DNA from: the human T2T-CHM13v2.0 reference genome, Homo sapiens
Direction: 5' to 3' (one strand)
Length of the DNA: 64,000 nt
Assembly (NCBI RefSeq): GCF_009914755.1
Contig: NC_060925.1
The notes beneath the pieces were generated by a model. That model did not search any database. It worked only from the letters and a program-made list of their open reading frames with translations, and had not been told where the DNA came from. Made by a program: the position numbers and the translations under genes. How positions within the stretch are numbered: the stretch's first letter is position 1; every line of letters begins with the position of its first letter. Positions 15,617-28,700 of the stretch are shown in pieces.

Positions 15617-16843
15617 ACGTTTATTTATTTATTTATTTTTACTTAGTTTGGGAAATATTTCTATCTACATACATTTATATAAAGAAAATATATAGATCTC
15701 TCTACATATATTTAGTTATTTTGGGAAATGAGGACTCCCTTGTGATAAGGAAGATAAATAGTCAAGAAAGGGAAAGAGAGTTCCAGTGTTTTGGCCACTT
15801 GAGGCAAAGGCTATGCTTTGGGTGCTTCTTCAGGCTTTTACCCTCTGAAGTGCATTATTTTCCTGCTTCTACATATAGTATTGGCCAAGTAAGATCTGAC
15901 ATTTTATAATCTCATGTAAATATATATAATACTCAGCTGCATTTACTTGTTAGAAAAGTAAAAACATTTTCTGGCAACTTCTTAGATGTTAGCATGAAAA
16001 AAAGATAGAAATAACTTTGCATAATAAAAATAACTTAAAACTGTGTGAAATAGATGTATCAAAATTTTTGAAAATTCACTTGAAGTTTGAAGAACAGTGC
16101 AACCTTCTAACGTATCATCAGATATATTACAAAATATATATATTACCCAAAATATATGTACTACCCAAACTGATCTAAAACAAATATCTGGATACAACTT
16201 TTCAGTATTAATATTTTCATATCCACTCTTTTATCTACTGTTTACTTGCTAGAAAAGTAAAAACATTTTCAGGCAGTTTCTTACATCTTAGTATGAAAAT
16301 AAATGATAGAAGTAACTTGTATAATAAAGATAGGTGTTAAAACACATAACTTTTAAAGAAATAGATGAATTAATTTTTTTTTGAAATAGAAAACCACCAT
16401 GGGAGGTGGGCAAGGCATTCTTCTAATTTTACAGATAAAACAGGGTATTTAGAGATATGAGGTGACTAGCCCAAGGCCCCAGGAAGAATTAACCTGAAAC
16501 CGCTTGGTTCCCTTCTCAAGGCTTGCAAGCATGTGGGTCAAGAAGGGCCTTTTACAGATGGAAATGGGGGAATAAGATTCCCTCAGAACATAAAATTACC
16601 TTGGATTCCTTATCCAGCCTTCCACCACCAACCATAGCCTGTCAGTCACCAAATTCTTCTGTTTTACCTCCCAAATATTTTTTCCACTCTATTGTTTTCA
16701 TCTCCCTTCTGAGGTCCTGTGAAATAAAAGAAGTAATGAAGTGCTTGACTTGGTCTAAGCTCTGGCTCTCAGTTAACTTTGGTTTTGAGGCAGTTCATGG
16801 AATGTTTAGAGCATATGCTTTGGTGTCAGGAAAACTTAGTTGG

Positions 16844-17134
16844 AGTCTGGCCATGATGGCTCACGCCTGTAATCCTAGCACTTTGGAAGGCCAAGGTGGG
16901 CAGATCTCTTGAGCCCAGGAGTTCAAGACCAGACTGGGCAACATCATAAAACCCCTTCTCTACCAAAATATACAAAAATTAGCCAAGTGTGATGGTACAC
17001 ATCTGTAGTCCCAGCTACTTGGGAGGCTGAGGTGGGAGGATTGCTTAAGCCAGGATGTCAAAGCTGCAGTCAGCCGTGAGCTGCCATTGCACACTAGCCT
17101 GCCTGACAGAAGAAGACTCGGTCTCAATAAAAAA
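16844..17134 (+). mobile_element. Alu (AluJ-type)
   Basis: ttgagcccaggagttcaagacc and gaggtgggaggattgctt. Confidence 0.9.
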
Positions 17135-17164
17135 CAGACAATTTTTTTTTTAATTAAAGGAAGA

Positions 17165-17380
17165 CCTATTTTGGGTCACTAACTACAGATAAAATTGTGA
17201 GATGAACTCATCATTCGTCTTTCTAACTCTGTTTCTTCTATTTTAAACTGTAGCTAACATCTAGTACACGCAACAGGGGTTGTTTTAAGAAGTAAATGAG
17301 ATTCTAGGAGATGAAGTGATTAGTAGAGTGCAGATGAATAGTGAGTGCTTAATTCATGTTACTCATTTTTATTATTTTAT
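17165..17380 (+). mobile_element. MIR SINE fragment
   Basis: ctctgtttcttctattttaaac...gttgttttaagaagtaaatgaga...agtgagtgcttaattcatgttac. Confidence 0.55.
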
Positions 17381-17487
17381 CACTGGTTTTGATTACCTCC
17401 CTTGTTTCCTTGTTTATAATTTTTTAATGCATTTTTTTTGCAAATTTACTGCAAATTATTTGATCATTTATAAAGATTCCTGACCTT

Positions 17488-18029
17488 TGTGGAAGTAAAC
17501 AAAGATCAACCAAATGAGATATCAACGGCTATTTTATTCATAACTTGCTATAACAAGAGAGTCAGCTGCCATTCATGTGTTTGGCAGAGGCTGAAAAGCA
17601 GGCAGAGGAGGAGGAAGGCTATTTGGTGGGTGAAAGGGAATCCTCCAGGTGTGCCCCGATCGGAGGCTGTTGGCCTGAGGAAGTTGTCTGCTAGCAATGG
17701 GGCATCCCATGTGATTGGTTAGGAGAACAGATTCAGCCTTCTCTAGTTGGTCCCAAGTTGGAAGTGGGAGCTCAAATTAGGGAAGCCGCCAGTTATTAAT
17801 CAAGTCCTGGCCACTTAGAGACAATTTTATAGATGTTATCGCTTGCCTTCATGGACTGCTGCTAGAGACAGCAGTCTGAGTATCTACAACTTGACTTCAA
17901 CAGGCTGGCTTACTGGGCTAATTATTGAACACGAGGTTGGTTTAATATGCAGGTTGCTGCAGGTTGCAGGTTGGAATTCTAGTTTTGTACATGGTTTAGC
18001 TGTTGTCCACTAGTATGTGTAGACTCTCA
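17488..18029 (-). mobile_element. ERV1-class (MER4-group, MER89/MER90-like) solo LTR
   Basis: TG...CA ends; 4-bp TSD cctt at 17484-17487 and 18030-18033; antisense AATAAA (ttttatt); subfamily uncertain. Confidence 0.65.
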
Positions 18030-18039
18030 CCTTGCTGTC

Positions 18040-18605
18040 ATGCTGATACATCCAAAGCACAAATCGTATTGGTGATTTCTCTGCTTAAAATCCTTCAATG
18101 GTTTCGTGTATCTCCAGGATAAGTTCAAAGGCCCTGAGCAGGACACTAAAGGTGCTCAATGGTCCCATCTTTTCCTGTGTTTGTGGTTTTATCCAAGATC
18201 ACCGTTGGCAGGAGATTGTGCTTTATCCTAAAGGAATAACAACATCATTTGCATTTCCAGTGCATACACTTGACTGCTTGACAGCTCTGTTGATTGTTGT
18301 TCTTGCAGGGAACACCCTCCACCTACTGCTTTGCTCTTTATTGCCTTCATTTCAGCCTGTTTAGCCACCACCATCTCTGGAACCCTGCAGTGAAGGTGTT
18401 CAGCTCCTCATCTGTGCTCCCAGAACACCACGTGCCAACTTCGGCCCCAGGACTCAGTGCATCACATTCCAGTTCCATCTTCATGTATGTCTCTCTCCCA
18501 TTCCAGACTGTGAGCTTCCCAAAGGCAAAATCTGTTTTATTTGTCCTCTTCCCTGGCACTTTGAGCAGGTCCTGGCACTTATTTAATGTTCTGTGCTGAA
18601 TAAGA
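18040..18605 (+). mobile_element. L2 LINE 3' fragment
   Basis: ctgcttaaaatccttcaatggttt...agactgtgagcttcccaaaggca...cctggcactt...gctgaata. Confidence 0.7.
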
Positions 18606-19167
18606 GTGGTAGGGGATTAGGACCAACATTTTCCAACTTCTGTTTGAGAGTTCTTTCCAGTAAGAAACGTCTTATGAAAATGTGACATTAAAAATGAATG
18701 CTGGAAAGTAATTTCGAGTGGTCCCATGGAACCAAATATGATTAAGGCATTTTCAATCTGTCCTCCGTGGCATTTCAGAAAATGTCTCTATCCTGAGCTT
18801 AAGTGTGGTGAGTAGTCTGCAACAGCTATTGTAAGGCAAATCCTATTCTTTGCCTGACAATAAAAACTGGATAAAGGAGCTCTTTTTGAAGCATCTGTTT
18901 GTGTCCTGGAATGTAAATATCTGCCACTTTTCTAACTAAGACTTCAGTAAGAGAACTCTGACACTCTCAGCAAAGATCCAACCTTAAGACAAAGAGAAAC
19001 AGCAAATCTCAAAGATAAAAGTGGTAAAAATGGCCCCTAGAGTTGACGGAATACTTTTGAAGTGGTACCTTTCTGCTGAGGACGATAGCTGCAGGGAATG
19101 TGAAGGTTATTCTCCAAGACTAGGGGAATGTCACCAGGACCTTTGTCTCTTAGAACTGCCTCCTGCC

Positions 19168-19320
19168 GGTTGGGTGTGGTGGCTTATGCCTGTAATCCCA
19201 GCACTTTGGGAGGCCAAGGTGGGGGTGTGACGAGGTCAGGAGATTGAGACCATCCTGGCTAACATGGTGAAACCCTGTCTCTACTAAAAAAAACAAACAA
19301 ACAAACAAACAAAAAAAAAA
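19168..19320 (+). mobile_element. Alu left monomer only (AluSc/Y-type diagnostics) with (CAAA)n tail
   Basis: acgaggtcaggagattgagaccatcctggctaac then A-rich tail; TSD-like aactgcct on both sides. Confidence 0.85.
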
Positions 19321-20125
19321 CTGCCTTGCTTGTGCTGTCCCTCCTCCCTGACTCGAGATGAGTGCTCTCTCCCAAAAGGCAGTTACAATTGTTCTGTAAG
19401 CTGGTCTTTCCATTTCCCTTCTTGCCCCACCAATCCAAAGACTGACGCTTCCTAAGGCATGCTTTTGTTCTTGTCATTCATCTGCTCAAAGTGTCAGTTT
19501 CTAAAGGCCCAACCAGTAGGCATGCGTCCAAGACCATCTGTCCTGAGCCCACAACTTGCCTTTCCATTTCTAGTTCACTCTACAGTCTTTGAGTCGTACT
19601 CCAGCAATTTCAGAATATACCTTGCACGGTCCCACGTCCATAAGTTTCTTGACTTGAAATTTTCTACATGTCTATGATGGTTTTGCTGATCTCTTTATCT
19701 TAGAGGTTTTTAGACTCACCTGAAGGGGCTGGGGAGAAAGAGTTTATTAAATATGCAGATTCGTTGGTCTGATGGCAGCTTATTACTTCTACAAAAAGTG
19801 CGCTTAAAGGAAGCAATATTTTGGGGGAAAACGTTTGTGAGTGGAAATGCCTAAAGAACCTGTCTTCAAGTGGTATTGGTATATTATGAAAATTGTTTTT
19901 ACTTGGGTTGAATGACACAGATTAATAAAAATAGCAGACTCTCCAAATGACATTTTATTCAGACATCATAGGACAGCGATCAGTGACCCACATCAGACAT
20001 TATTATGATTTTCATTTGGATTTGGTGGGTTTTAAGAAGATTGATTGCAGCATCCAAATCTATAGCACAGACTTTTGGGGTGTGTCTAGGTGCTGCATTT
20101 GTAAGAAGCACCCAAAGGGATTACT

Positions 20126-20411
20126 CTTTTTTTTTTTTTTTTTTTTTGAGACTGAGTCTAACTCAATGCAGTGGTGCAATCTGGCTCACTGCAACCTCTG
20201 CCTCCCGGGTTCAAGCGATTCTCCTGCCTCAGCCTCCTGAGTAGCTGGGACTGCAGGCGCCTGCCACCACGCCTGGCTAATTTTTTGTATTTTTTTGGTA
20301 GAGACGGGGTTTCACCGTGTTAGCCAGGTTGGTCTCGATCTGACCTCATGATCCACCCTCCTTGGCCTCCCAAAGTGCTGGGATTACAGGCGTGAGCCAC
20401 CGCGCCCAGCT
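20126..20411 (-). mobile_element. Alu (AluSc/Y-like) with a short internal deletion
   Basis: TSD ggattactcttt on both sides; the tgtcgcccaggctgga segment is missing. Confidence 0.93.
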
Positions 20412-20486
20412 GGATTACTCTTTAGACTAAATTTTAAAGAGTCCTTGTGGGAAATAATCCAATATTTTTCATAACGTTTTTTGTAG

Positions 20487-20734
<248 letters not shown>

Positions 20735-20816
20735 AAGACCATGTATTATTTCCCTTGAATCTCCACAGAACATGCCAGTGTTCCTTTTAGACCAGAAATA
20801 AACCACCAAATGTTAA

Positions 20817-21268
20817 TTTCATGCGCGTCCGTGTGAAGAGACCACCAAACAGGCTTTGTGTGAGCAACATGGCTGTTTATTTCACCTGGGTGCAGGCGGG
20901 CTGAGTCCGAAAAGAGAGTCAGCGAAGGGAGATAAGGGTGGGGCCGTTTTATAGGATTTGGGTAGGTAAAGGAAAATTACACTCAAAGGGAGTTTGTTCT
21001 CTGGTGGGCAGGAGTGGGGGTCACAAGGTGCTCAGTGGGGGTGTTTTTGAGCCAGGATGAGCCAGGAAAAGGACTTTCACAAGGTAATGTCATCACTTAA
21101 GGCAAGGACCGGCCATTTACACTTCTTTTGTGGTGGAATGTCATCAGTTAAGGTGGGGCAGAGCATATTCACTTCTTTTGTGATTCTTCAGTTACTTCAG
21201 GCCATCTGGGCGAATACGTGCAAGTCACAGGGGATGCGATGGCTTGGCTTGGGCTCAGAGGCCTGACA
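20817..21268 (-). mobile_element. LTR7 (HERV-H) solo LTR, 452 bp, well preserved
   Basis: Reverse complement reads tgtcaggcctctgagcccaag...ctataaaacggccccaccc...gaaataaacagcc...cacacggacgcgcatgaaa; perfect 5-bp TSD gttaa at 20812-20816 and 21269-21273. Confidence 0.97.
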
Positions 21269-22089
21269 GTTAACTTCTGGACTATGGCAGTTTGAGGGAA
21301 TACAGGTTGTTTGATATTGTTACAGAGCAATAATTTGGGGGTAATAACAGGGTATTTTAATGCAATTTTATTCAATTTAGAAGATACATTCCTGAAAAAA
21401 TCCAACTGTGCTCATCATTTGTAGCCTTACTGGAAAAATAAAGTTTAGTATAAGCAGGCATGTTAAATGTGCAATTTAACAGAATGTGCACTGAAATGCT
21501 TTGACTCAAAAGACTCTCTACTTTAATTTCTGAACTCTCAGTAATTTAGGTGACAGATATTTGTTGAAATTCATTGTATTTGTAATGGCACAAGAATATT
21601 CTCAGTCCAAGCTGAAAAGCATGTATCATCCTGGAACATGGAAAATCACCGACAATATGCAGGAAAAGAAGGAACCAAAAGGACATAGATGGTTTTGAAG
21701 TAACAAACATTCTTGCTTCAGGGAGTTACCAACTGGACGTAAAGCCAGGCTGAATTGTCTTAAGGAATGTATGTTAATTGTGATTTGAACCCTTGCTTTG
21801 TCAATGATGTGTCTTTTCTTTTTTAAATGCAGGCACTTATTTAAATAATTTATAGATGACCTTAATTAGTCATTGGTCTTCTAGTGGAGATGCTTGTTAA
21901 ATTTGTAAAACAGATAGATCTACAGAGAACTGTTTTAGGTAGATCAAAGGAGATCCACAAAATTTTGGTCGGAGAATGAACTGAAAGTACAGTGGGCGTT
22001 CCACAACAGGGAACACTCATTGAGCTGCATAGAATTTCTCGGTGTTGGGTGTTCTGATTTGAAGCCTCATTACTTCCTCTGTATCATTA

Positions 22090-22530
22090 GGTAGCAAATT
22101 TACTTCACCCAAATTAAATTAATCAGTTATCTAATTAATACTTATACAATATTTTTAACAGTTGAGGGAAATTGAGGGAGGGGAGAGGATGACAGATGTC
22201 GCTATGCCGTAATTGGTAATGCACCAATTAAGGCAATCAGATACAACAAATTGGATTAAAACCTAACAGATCCAGTGATGTGTTTTGCCTTTTTTCTCCC
22301 CTGCAGCTGTAATGCAAAGTGAAAAAAAAAAAATTCAGTGTGTACAAACAAACCTTCGGATTAGTCATGACCGTTTCACGCTGTACTGTACAGTTGAGCC
22401 ACATCTTTAGGATGCGACATTAATTGGGAGGGAAAGAACAGTTATTTGTTCTACCAAGGCATGGTGTAACATGTGATCATATGTGGCTCCTACATGTTGT
22501 TCCATGACATGCAAATCGTCCTACAACAAC
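22090..22530. promoter_or_regulatory. Candidate conserved non-coding element / developmental enhancer
   Basis: No repeat recognised; dense TAATT/TAATC homeodomain cores, palindrome TAATTGGT-aatgc-ACCAATTA, TGACAG, GGATTA x2, ATGCAAAT; conservation not testable here. Confidence 0.4.
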
Positions 22531-22902
22531 AACGTGGTTTATTAGGAATGTTCCTGACTCTAAATTTGGTGAATCCTTATATAAATGGTGATCTAAACTG
22601 CAGAAAAATGGTAATTTGGTTTTAAGTAGACAGATAGGGACAGCATGAATCTCAAAAGTTGCTCTTATTTCACCAAGTGTAAAAACAAAGATGGCAGATT
22701 GTGACTAGAGCTTCTGTCTGTCCCTCTCTCACACACAGCAGGCGTGGCCACTTGGCAGCAGCAATGTTTTCCACCAGAGATTAATATCATTTTACAAATC
22801 TTCTACACACAGATTTCCAGGGAGCCACTACCCACCGGGTGGACCCAGCCTATTTTGATTGTGAATTTACTATCAAGTTTATATTACATTAGTAATATAA
22901 GG

Positions 22903-24254
<1,352 letters not shown>

Positions 24255-24646
24255 TAGCCAGTACCAATCCGGACCACCCAGCTGCCAGAATCCCAACAGC
24301 AATGACAGCTCAAGAGTCCTGCTTTATCTGTGGCTCACATCCCAACCCATGCCCCTTGCCAAGTTTCATACTCTCTTTACCTGCTCTGGTTGCCCTCTTT
24401 GACCTCCTTTCTCTTTTGTGTCCTGCACACAAGATGCTGATTTTCTGGCATTGATGACAGCTCCTCTCTCCTATGTCACACTTTCCCCTTGCCCTTCAGT
24501 TTGTGCTTGCTTTTGATGTCACCGTGTGTAACACAACTGGAGTTCCTGGCTTCCCTTTACCCCGCCAGTGTTTCCCCTGAGTTTGCCATTCATCTCACAG
24601 AAGTTTTTCTTGTAACCTTAAGAGTTTTTCTTTTCTTCCCTTTGTA

Positions 24647-24647
<1 letters not shown>

Positions 24648-24688
<41 letters not shown>
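24648..24688 (+). repeat. Poly(A)41 tract
   Basis: Direct observation; no Alu or L1 body recognised immediately upstream. Confidence 0.9.
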
Positions 24689-24691
<3 letters not shown>

Positions 24692-24892
24692 ACTTCTCAG
24701 GTCCCAACTCCTTCTTTTCTGGTGCCCTCATTTGTCAAAGTGACATCTGGTTATTGGAAAGTGGCAGTTCCTGCTATTCCATGAATAATGTGAATGGGCT
24801 AATTTGAGGGGTACTGCCCCATTTCCTGTTTAGAACTTACCAAAGGGGCACGTGCTTTTTGAAAATTGCTTTCAGAGAAAAACCTTCTAGAC

Positions 24893-25114
24893 CAAGCTTG
24901 TCCAACCTGTGGCATGCAAGCTGCATGTAGCCCAGGACAGCTTTGAATGCAGCCCAACACAAATTCCTAAATTTTCTTAAAACATTATAAGATTTTTTGT
25001 GTGTGAATTTTTTTTAGCTCATCAGCTATCATTAGTATTAAGTTTATGTGTGGTCCAAGACAATTCTTCTTCTTCCAATGTAGCCCAAAGAAGTCAAAAG
25101 ATTGGGCACCCCTG
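24893..25114. mobile_element. MER30 (hAT-Charlie) DNA transposon
   Basis: caagcttgtccaacc...agattgggcacccctg termini; 8-bp TSD ttctagac / tgctagac. Confidence 0.88.
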
Positions 25115-25124
25115 TGCTAGACTT

Positions 25125-27150
25125 TTATTAAGCTGAAGTTCATAGGTTTCCTTAGTTATTCAGGTTTCCTTGGTTTTTCACCCTAGTGTTATTTTTCTGT
25201 CCTGGGATTTGATCCTGGATACCATATTTCATTCAATCATCCTATCTCCCTAAGCTCCTCTTGTCTGTGGCAGTTTCTCGGAGTTTCCTTATTTTTGATG
25301 ACTTTGCCAGTTTGGGGCAGTTGTGATCAAGTATTTTGGAGTGTCTCTTAATTGAGATTTTCCTGATGTTTTTCTCATGATAAGACTGAGATTCTGAGTT
25401 TTGAGAAAGCTCACAGACTTGTTAAGTTCTATTTTCTTCACATCACATCAAGGGTACATAACATCAACACAGCTTTTCACTGTTGATGTTAATCCTGGTC
25501 ACCTGGCCACAGGAGTGTTCGTGAGGTTTCCCCAGTGTAAAGTTATTCCCCAGCCCCTTTTCTGCAGTGTTTGGGATTCTGGCATAAGTCACAGATGTTG
25601 GCCTCCTTTGGATTGTCTCCGAGGCTTTCAGTATTGGTCCCTATGAACTGGGCAATCACATCGTGCTTAAAACAGGTCTGTTGTCTAAGAAATTAGGATT
25701 CTAATATTCTTACTTTGTTGCAGACCAAAAAAAACTTCTTTGGGTTGTTGTTTATTTTTATTTATGTTTTTAGTAGATGCCAGGTAAGGAAGGAAAATAG
25801 CTGTGATCCTTGTGGTGAAACTCTGCATCTTGGCTGTAATGGTGGTTACATGAACGTACACATCTGATAAAATCACATAGAATGAATCATACACACACAC
25901 AGACATACACAAAATTGCATGTAAAACGGACGAGATCTGAACACAGTCAATAGTTTGTGTCAATGTCAATTTCCTGCTTGTGACGTTATACTCTAGTTAT
26001 GCAAAGTACTACCACTGGGGAAAGCTGAGTAAAGGATGCATCTTTCTGTATTATTTCTTACGACCTGCAGGTAAAGCTACAATTATCACAAAATAATAAG
26101 TTTAAAAAGATTAAACTATTAAATACAATTTAAAGTATCTGTGCAGTTCTTTTTGTCTTTAGAATACACTTCACTAAGCCTATATAGTCAAAAAATACAT
26201 ATTTTAAAGTCACGTGAAAAAAATGTACTATGGGCTTATATTATTAATGCAATATTCAGTTAGAGTTATTTGCTCATTTACTTTTATTTGTTTTCAATAT
26301 CAGGGATTTCTTACTAAACTGAGTTGTGTTTTCTTAATAGGTAATGTATCTACATGATTCAAAAGTTAACAATAAAATGAAGAGATGCCTAGAAAATCCT
26401 GCTTCCTTTAGTGCCTCTTCCTTTGTTTTCCCGAGGTCTCAACCCTTTATAGATAAATATTTTCTTATGTCATACTTACCCTTCCAGAGTTTGTTTGTAT
26501 GAACGAATAACTGCCTTATCTTACTAAAGAAATCAACATACAATACATACTATGATGCATGTTGCTCGTTTTCCCGGTATATTTTAGAATAACAATATAT
26601 TCTGTCTTTATCATAATACATAGAGAACGTCCTTATTCTTAAAAACTATATGATATTAGATTCCACCACAAGAATGTACCATAGTTTACTCAGTTTTCTT
26701 TTGCAGAACAGTAAGCTAACAGATAATACCACAATGAATAACCTGGTACGTATGAGATTTCTTACTTATTCAGGAATATCTGTAGTGGGCATTTCTAGAA
26801 GTTTGATTGTCAGGTTTAAAAATTAAAGAATTTGCAATGTTATTAGATACTGTCAGATTTTCCTCCATAGATATTGAACTATTTTGCTCTTCTTCCAGAA
26901 ATTACAAGTGTCTCTTCAACACCATTATTTTCAAACTCCTGTATTTTCTCCAATTTGATAGCTAAGAAATGATTATTAACGTAGTTAATTTTTATTCATT
27001 TTATTATGAGTGAGGTTGCACATCTTCACAAATGCTTAAATGCTATTTGTAATTTGTTTTTTGTGTGATTTGTCTTTTTATATCCTTTGTTTAGTTTTTT
27101 CCATTGGGGTGCTCTTCTATTTCTTCTCAATTTCTAGAAGTTTAAAATGT
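25125..27150. mobile_element. Mosaic of old L1MC/L1ME fragments in both orientations
   Basis: 25125-25560 resembles the L1MC segment at ~3.9-4.3 kb; 25780-26110 is a sense L1 3' end (tctgataaaatcacataga...aaataataagttt). Confidence 0.6.
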
Positions 27151-27745
27151 ATATATTACATATAAATATATACTATATATAATTGATATATATTTTAAAT
27201 ACATGTATTTGTTTTTAAATATATGTTTATTATAAGTTTATTATATATCACATATTTTATAAATATATGTATATATCATACAATATATTATATTATATAA
27301 TATATAATATATTGTATATCAATATATTATATAATATATATCAATATATTATATATCAATATATTATATAATATATATCAATATAATATAATATATATCA
27401 ATATGTTATATAATATGTATCAATATGTTATATAATATGTATCAATATGTTATATAATATGTATCTATGTTATATAATATATATCAATGTTATACATATC
27501 AATATGTTATATAATATATATCAATATGTTATATTATATAATATATATCAATATATGCAGTTATATATAATGTATATGTGTAACTTACATATTATATAGC
27601 ATAGTATATATTAATAGGCTATATATAGGAAACGCTTAGAAATTTAGGTATGTATACATATATATGTAGTCATATATATACACATATGTGTATATATGTG
27701 TACATATATGTGTGTGGGTGTGTATATGTGTACACACATACATTT
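27150..27745. repeat. AT-rich low-complexity tract with ~22-bp unit ATATAATAT(A/G)TATCAATATGTT plus (TA)n/(CA)n runs
   Basis: Direct observation. Confidence 0.9.
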
Positions 27746-28389
27746 ACTTCTTTGGGTTTTTAAACCGACATCCTGTGGCTCAAAAGGAGATAGAGCGAGC
27801 ATTGAACAAGTCAAATCCTCCATTTTTAACCATTCCCAAACTAGAGGATGAACACAATCAATACATATGTTATGATTAGACAACAAAGGTTAACACAATC
27901 AGTTCCAGATATTGATCTCAAAGTTCAGAATAACAAACACATTCCATCATGAATCATAAAACATTCCATTAGGTAATAAATGAACCCAGTACAATGCTTG
28001 GTGATGTAGTAGATACTTAATAAATATTTATTGAAATAATGATATTTGGAATGATTTATGTTAAAACATATTACTGATTGACTAAAATATGTTACCTATG
28101 TTAATCCAAGTTCTTTGTGTCCCAGTTATGAGTTCCTTGTACCTTGTATTAACTACATCAGTTCTTCTAGGTAGACACCTAACAATTGTTATTGTTGACA
28201 TGATTGCAGCTATGTAAAAAATGTACATACAGCAAAGAGTCTTCTATGAAATACACCAGAATGGTTGTCACTTTTCTAGATGCCGAGACAATAGATGATT
28301 CTCAACTTCATTCTTCTTTTATACATTGTCACATTTTCCATAATAAATTTCACTACACTGTCAATGGTTAAACATTCCTTATTTTTTTA

Positions 28390-28700
<311 letters not shown>

